A stretch of DNA of 64,000 nucleotides, taken from positions 363,072,001-363,136,000 of the forward strand of contig OZ024741.1 in the NCBI GenBank assembly GCA_964016885.1. The letters are read 5' to 3'. Under the pieces are notes generated by a model, which did not search any database, had not been told where the DNA came from, and was given only the letters and a program-made list of their open reading frames with translations. This DNA is from Eledone cirrhosa (Eukaryota). Position 1 is the stretch's first letter; every line of letters starts with the position of its first letter. Shown here piece after piece: positions 60,101 to 64,000 of this stretch. Both the position numbers and the translations under genes were made by a program.

Positions 60101-62511
60101 GTAGTGATGTGCAAATTGCAACAAGCTCTTTGCTGAGAAAAATCCTCTACGTTGCATTCCAGACAACATAAAGGATTATATTTGACCATTCAATATGAAA
60201 ATATTTAATCATTTTTTAAAAATATATGTATGTGTGTAATGAAGGTTGTGGGTTCAATTCTTGGACCAGGTGGCACATTGCATTCTTGAGCAAGATGCTT
60301 CATTTCACATCGGTCTACTCAGCTGAAATAGAACAAGAATTAATCCAGCAGCAGCTGGGGGATAACTCTTGCGATGGACTGACCTCATGGTCCAGGGAAG
60401 AATCTTTTCAGGATAAAAATGGGCCCCCTATAATTAAAACATCTGAGAAACCTAAGAGATGTAACCTCAAAGGAGGCCAGTTAAACCTACATAGATATGA
60501 GCTGCAACATTATAAATATATATGGAACCATAACATGTATCATAAAAGCAAGAACATCTTACTGTAGAAGAGCAAACGATATATCAGAGGTTAATACGAC
60601 AATTAAACTAGGCAGTGAGTGACATTGTAAGAAATTGAGTTGCATTAAGTCAGTTTAGTTATTTTCCTCTCCTAGAGAGGCTATGTTAGATCATCATTGT
60701 ATATTTTGCTTTCAGTCGGTTTGAATACCATAGGGTCATCATCTTAGTCTTTCTTGTGCTGTCTTTATACATTCACTATATTTTAAGTCTGTCCAACTTT
60801 TGATATTATTCATTCACATAGTTTTTTGTGTGGATCTTCCTTTTTTCCATTTATTTTGCCTTCTGTTAATAGTCTCTGCAATCCATTTTTTCTAATTGAA
60901 TCTCCAAGATATTTTAGTTTTCTCTCTTTGAAGGTGTCTAATAAAATTTTCTTAGTTTTTGCCATTTTTAGTCCTTTATAAGTTTGATATTCTCAACAGT
61001 AATAATTTATTCATTTCTAGACATGAGGCAAAAAATGTGGTGGTAGGGGGAAATAGTTGATTATATTGACCCTAGTATTTGACTGATTCTTATTTTATCA
61101 ACACCCAGCATGATCTGAACTGAGAATGTAAAGGGATACAAACAAATAATCAAAAAGCATTTTGTCCATCACTCTACTGATTCTGCTAATCCACAATAAT
61201 CACTGGCTAGAGGACAGCTTTATTCAATGAAGAGCTAACTACAAACAACAAATTATATTTAATGATAAAACATCTATACATTCTAAGGACTAGCCTCTGC
61301 ACGTTTGTGTTGCTGCAACTCTTCTGTTCAAATTTTGGTTTACCACAAGAAAAAAAAAATCACTTTTAAAGATTTGATTTCTAGATTGTTCATTGATTTC
61401 TTATTGAAGCAAAAGGCTTCAAATATATAGAAGGAAGATTGGGAGTGTGTGACTTTCATGCATTTCTCAAGGACTAATGTTAAAGAAGATTGTCTTGGAC
61501 AGAGAAGCAGCACATTGATTCACTTTTAATTCTTACTCAACAACAATCAAAATATAAGCCATTTATTAAAGCAAGGATTAACTCCTTTTTTTGCTTTGTC
61601 GTAGTCATACTCAAAATGTTTTTTTGTTATCTATGGATTCAACATGTTTATAAATTCATTCGGGCATGTTTAAACAGTATGATAATCTTTCTAGTTATTG
61701 TTCAGGTTCCTAGCTTCACCATCAAGTCATTTGCTCAGCTGCCTATCAAAAAAAAAAAAAAAAGAATCTACTGGCTCCATACCTTTTCTAATACCAGTCT
61801 ATTTTTTAACTAGCTATTTCAAGGGGGAAGTGTACTTGAAACTTTTAAATATGATACTGGTATGGATGAGATATTTCTCCAAGTTCAGATATTTACATAA
61901 GCAGATGGAACAAAAACTAAAAAGTTGGATACTCATTTTAACAGAAATCACTCAACTGTGAATTGTTTAACCTTTTCATTATCATATTTCTAATGAAAGA
62001 CACTAGGATTTTCGAATAATTCTGAAAATAATAAAAATTTGGAGGGATTAGTAATATAAATAACTTTTAGTCGATGTTTGGAGCATAACTTCAGAAAAGT
62101 TCTTACAAAAAATTATGGAAGGATTTGGGATAAATTTATAAAATAGTTTTGTGTCGAGAAACCAGAGGTAGTTTCTGGTGGTTTGGTATCCAAGAGGTTA
62201 ATTAACACTTACTTATGTGAACTTATTTTTTACCAACATAAACTTTGGAAAGATTTGAAATCGTAATGAATGATTTGTAAAAAAAACCCTGAAAATGAAA
62301 CTATCAGTCACCATACACCATACCTCTTGTGGGTTTTTACACATTAAAAGAAAATCAGAGTATAATATTTAAAAAAAACTGGCCTGAAAAGTTATTTACT
62401 GTAAAAATACCTGGGATGTACAGTGACCAAAGTGATTCACAACAGAGTCTTTTGTTCTCAACTACAATAGTTCCATTTCCTGTTGAATTGTACAGTAGTA
62501 CATGTCTTGTT

Positions 62512-62585
62512 TTAAGAGTTCTTTGTTGCTTTATAGTCTAAATTTAAAAACCAGTATCCAGCTACCATGGCACTTGTAGACAAAC
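62512..62585 (-). CDS. ERG28: Ergosterol biosynthesis protein 28 homolog, last coding exon
   Basis: TTTTAG acceptor; (G)LSTSAMVAGYWFLNLDYKATKNS* in phase with the previous exon. Confidence 0.85.
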
Positions 62586-62701
62586 CTAAAAGGGAAATAA
62601 AGTTGATGTATAAAGAAAAAAAAGGAAGAAATTAAATATTTTTATAAAGTCATTAAATTAAAGAATCAATATAAAATGACTAAATAAAAGTTAAGACTCA
62701 C

Positions 62702-62820
62702 CTGAAAAAAGCAGTTGTACCAGAATGCCCGTACCAGTGCCAGCAGTGTGAAACCAAAATAATTCTGAGAGGAAGTGTCCACTAGACATCAAGAATGAAG
62801 CCAAAGTCATATGATAGAGC
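62702..62820 (-). CDS. ERG28: ERG28 internal exon (119 nt)
   Basis: AG..GTGAGT boundaries; LYHMTLASFLMSSGHFLSELFWFHTA resembles vertebrate LYHITLWTFLLALGHFLSELF. Confidence 0.92.
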
Positions 62821-63383
62821 CTAAAAAATATGATTTTGTTAGTTTTTTAATTTTGCCATGAGAAGAAAACAAGAAATTGAGTAAAACTGAGGTGGAAAGA
62901 TATTGCACCCTTGATCCTTTGAATAAGATATAACAGGAACAATTACAATGTCTTCATCTTTTACCTTTACTGCTACAGAAAACCACCAAAGATAAATTTC
63001 AACATGAAATAAACAGATTTGTATCATAAAGCCAGAAGCAGCCTGGAATCAAATGTTTTAAGTCCTAAAGTTTAATATGCTCTACAATAACAATAGGAGG
63101 ATCAGTTCAAATGATGATTGAATGCTTCTTTCAATTAACTATACCTCTGTGTCATAGCTGTTAAAATTAATGCTATTTCTGAACCATAGGTGTGATGTCA
63201 TAAACATAACTGTAATAAAGTAGAGATATATAAACAAAGATATGGTACAATTATGATATCTCTCATAGGTCTGACATAGTAGCAATATATCTATGATTTA
63301 GGTGGTATATGGTAGTGATAGATGTGTTAAAATAGAGCAAATTAAATGTGACATTTTGACAAAATTAGAATTCATAAACTTAC

Positions 63384-63474
63384 ATGGAGTTAGAAAAGTC
63401 CAGAGAACAGCTAATTCTGAGGAATGCCGAAAGAAGGGACCAAACGCCAAATATACGAGCCAATAGAGGATTAA
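63384..63474 (-). CDS. ERG28: ERG28 internal exon (91 nt); the first coding exon appears to lie beyond the window
   Basis: AG..GTAAGT boundaries; NPLLARIFGVWSLLSAFLRISCSLD resembles ARTFGIWTLLSSVIRCLCAID. Phases are compatible. Confidence 0.92.
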
Positions 63475-64000
63475 CTAAATGAAAAGAAGAGTAAGACGTG
63501 GTCAGTAATGAAGAAATTCTAGAAGGAATTAATTAGACAACAAAATTTTCAATAAATTAGACAGTTATTCAGCATTGTTCAAGGAATAATGCTCTATTAT
63601 AAAAAGGTATAACTATGATACAAATAGTATAAACATTGTTTCTAATGTAATAAATTCATACAGAATAACCATGATTCTCATTCAACAAGATGGCAGCCAA
63701 TTCAGAGCATAAATTTTATGCAATGCCTGGCAATCTAGTATAAAGCGTGTGTGTGTTGGTGATTATAATGCATTTTAAAGAATTGGATGATCACAGTTCA
63801 AATATCTTTAAAAATAATGGATGGTCACAGTTTAAAAAAGGTGGCTGGTCATGGCTGGAACACCATTAAAAGAGATGGTAGGTGGTCACATTTGGAGAGG
63901 AAGAGGAGTTAAACACAACATTTTCCCCGAATCATGCATGTGTCTTGTAGATATTTCGTTTTAAGTGATAGATTAAAAGTATAACAAAATTGTGTGTGTT

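Noticed and set aside
62839-63027. 62-aa minus-strand ORF as an ERG28 exon
   Set aside because: It lies in the intron between two exons that already join in phase, and has no Erg28 similarity.

Overview
AT-rich eukaryotic (metazoan) genomic DNA. The SINE families resemble those I recognise from octopus/cephalopod genomes, but this is an inference. About 1-47 kb is almost entirely transposon-derived. It holds RTE and CR1 LINE fragments, at least nine CRE-clade endonuclease fragments, two tRNA-Trp-primed Gypsy elements plus solo LTRs, and Helitron pieces within a rearranged 3-4 kb composite unit that recurs about four times. It also holds MITEs/foldbacks and three near-identical copies of a Neptune-like Penelope (RT + GIY-YIG) element. 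The most striking structure is 17.4-26.6 kb, one (TA)n-rich tract. It contains a 7.5 kb back-to-back inverted Penelope dimer, a 288 bp near-perfect palindrome, and five apparently intact minimal type I hammerhead ribozyme motifs from three different sequence families. Two more decayed hammerheads lie elsewhere in the window. Host genes occur only in the right-hand part: a C2H2 zinc-finger gene (+, large terminal exon 56025-57115) and three exons of ERG28 (-, 62512-63474) that the ORF track misses. All alignments and folds were done by eye; no database searches were run.
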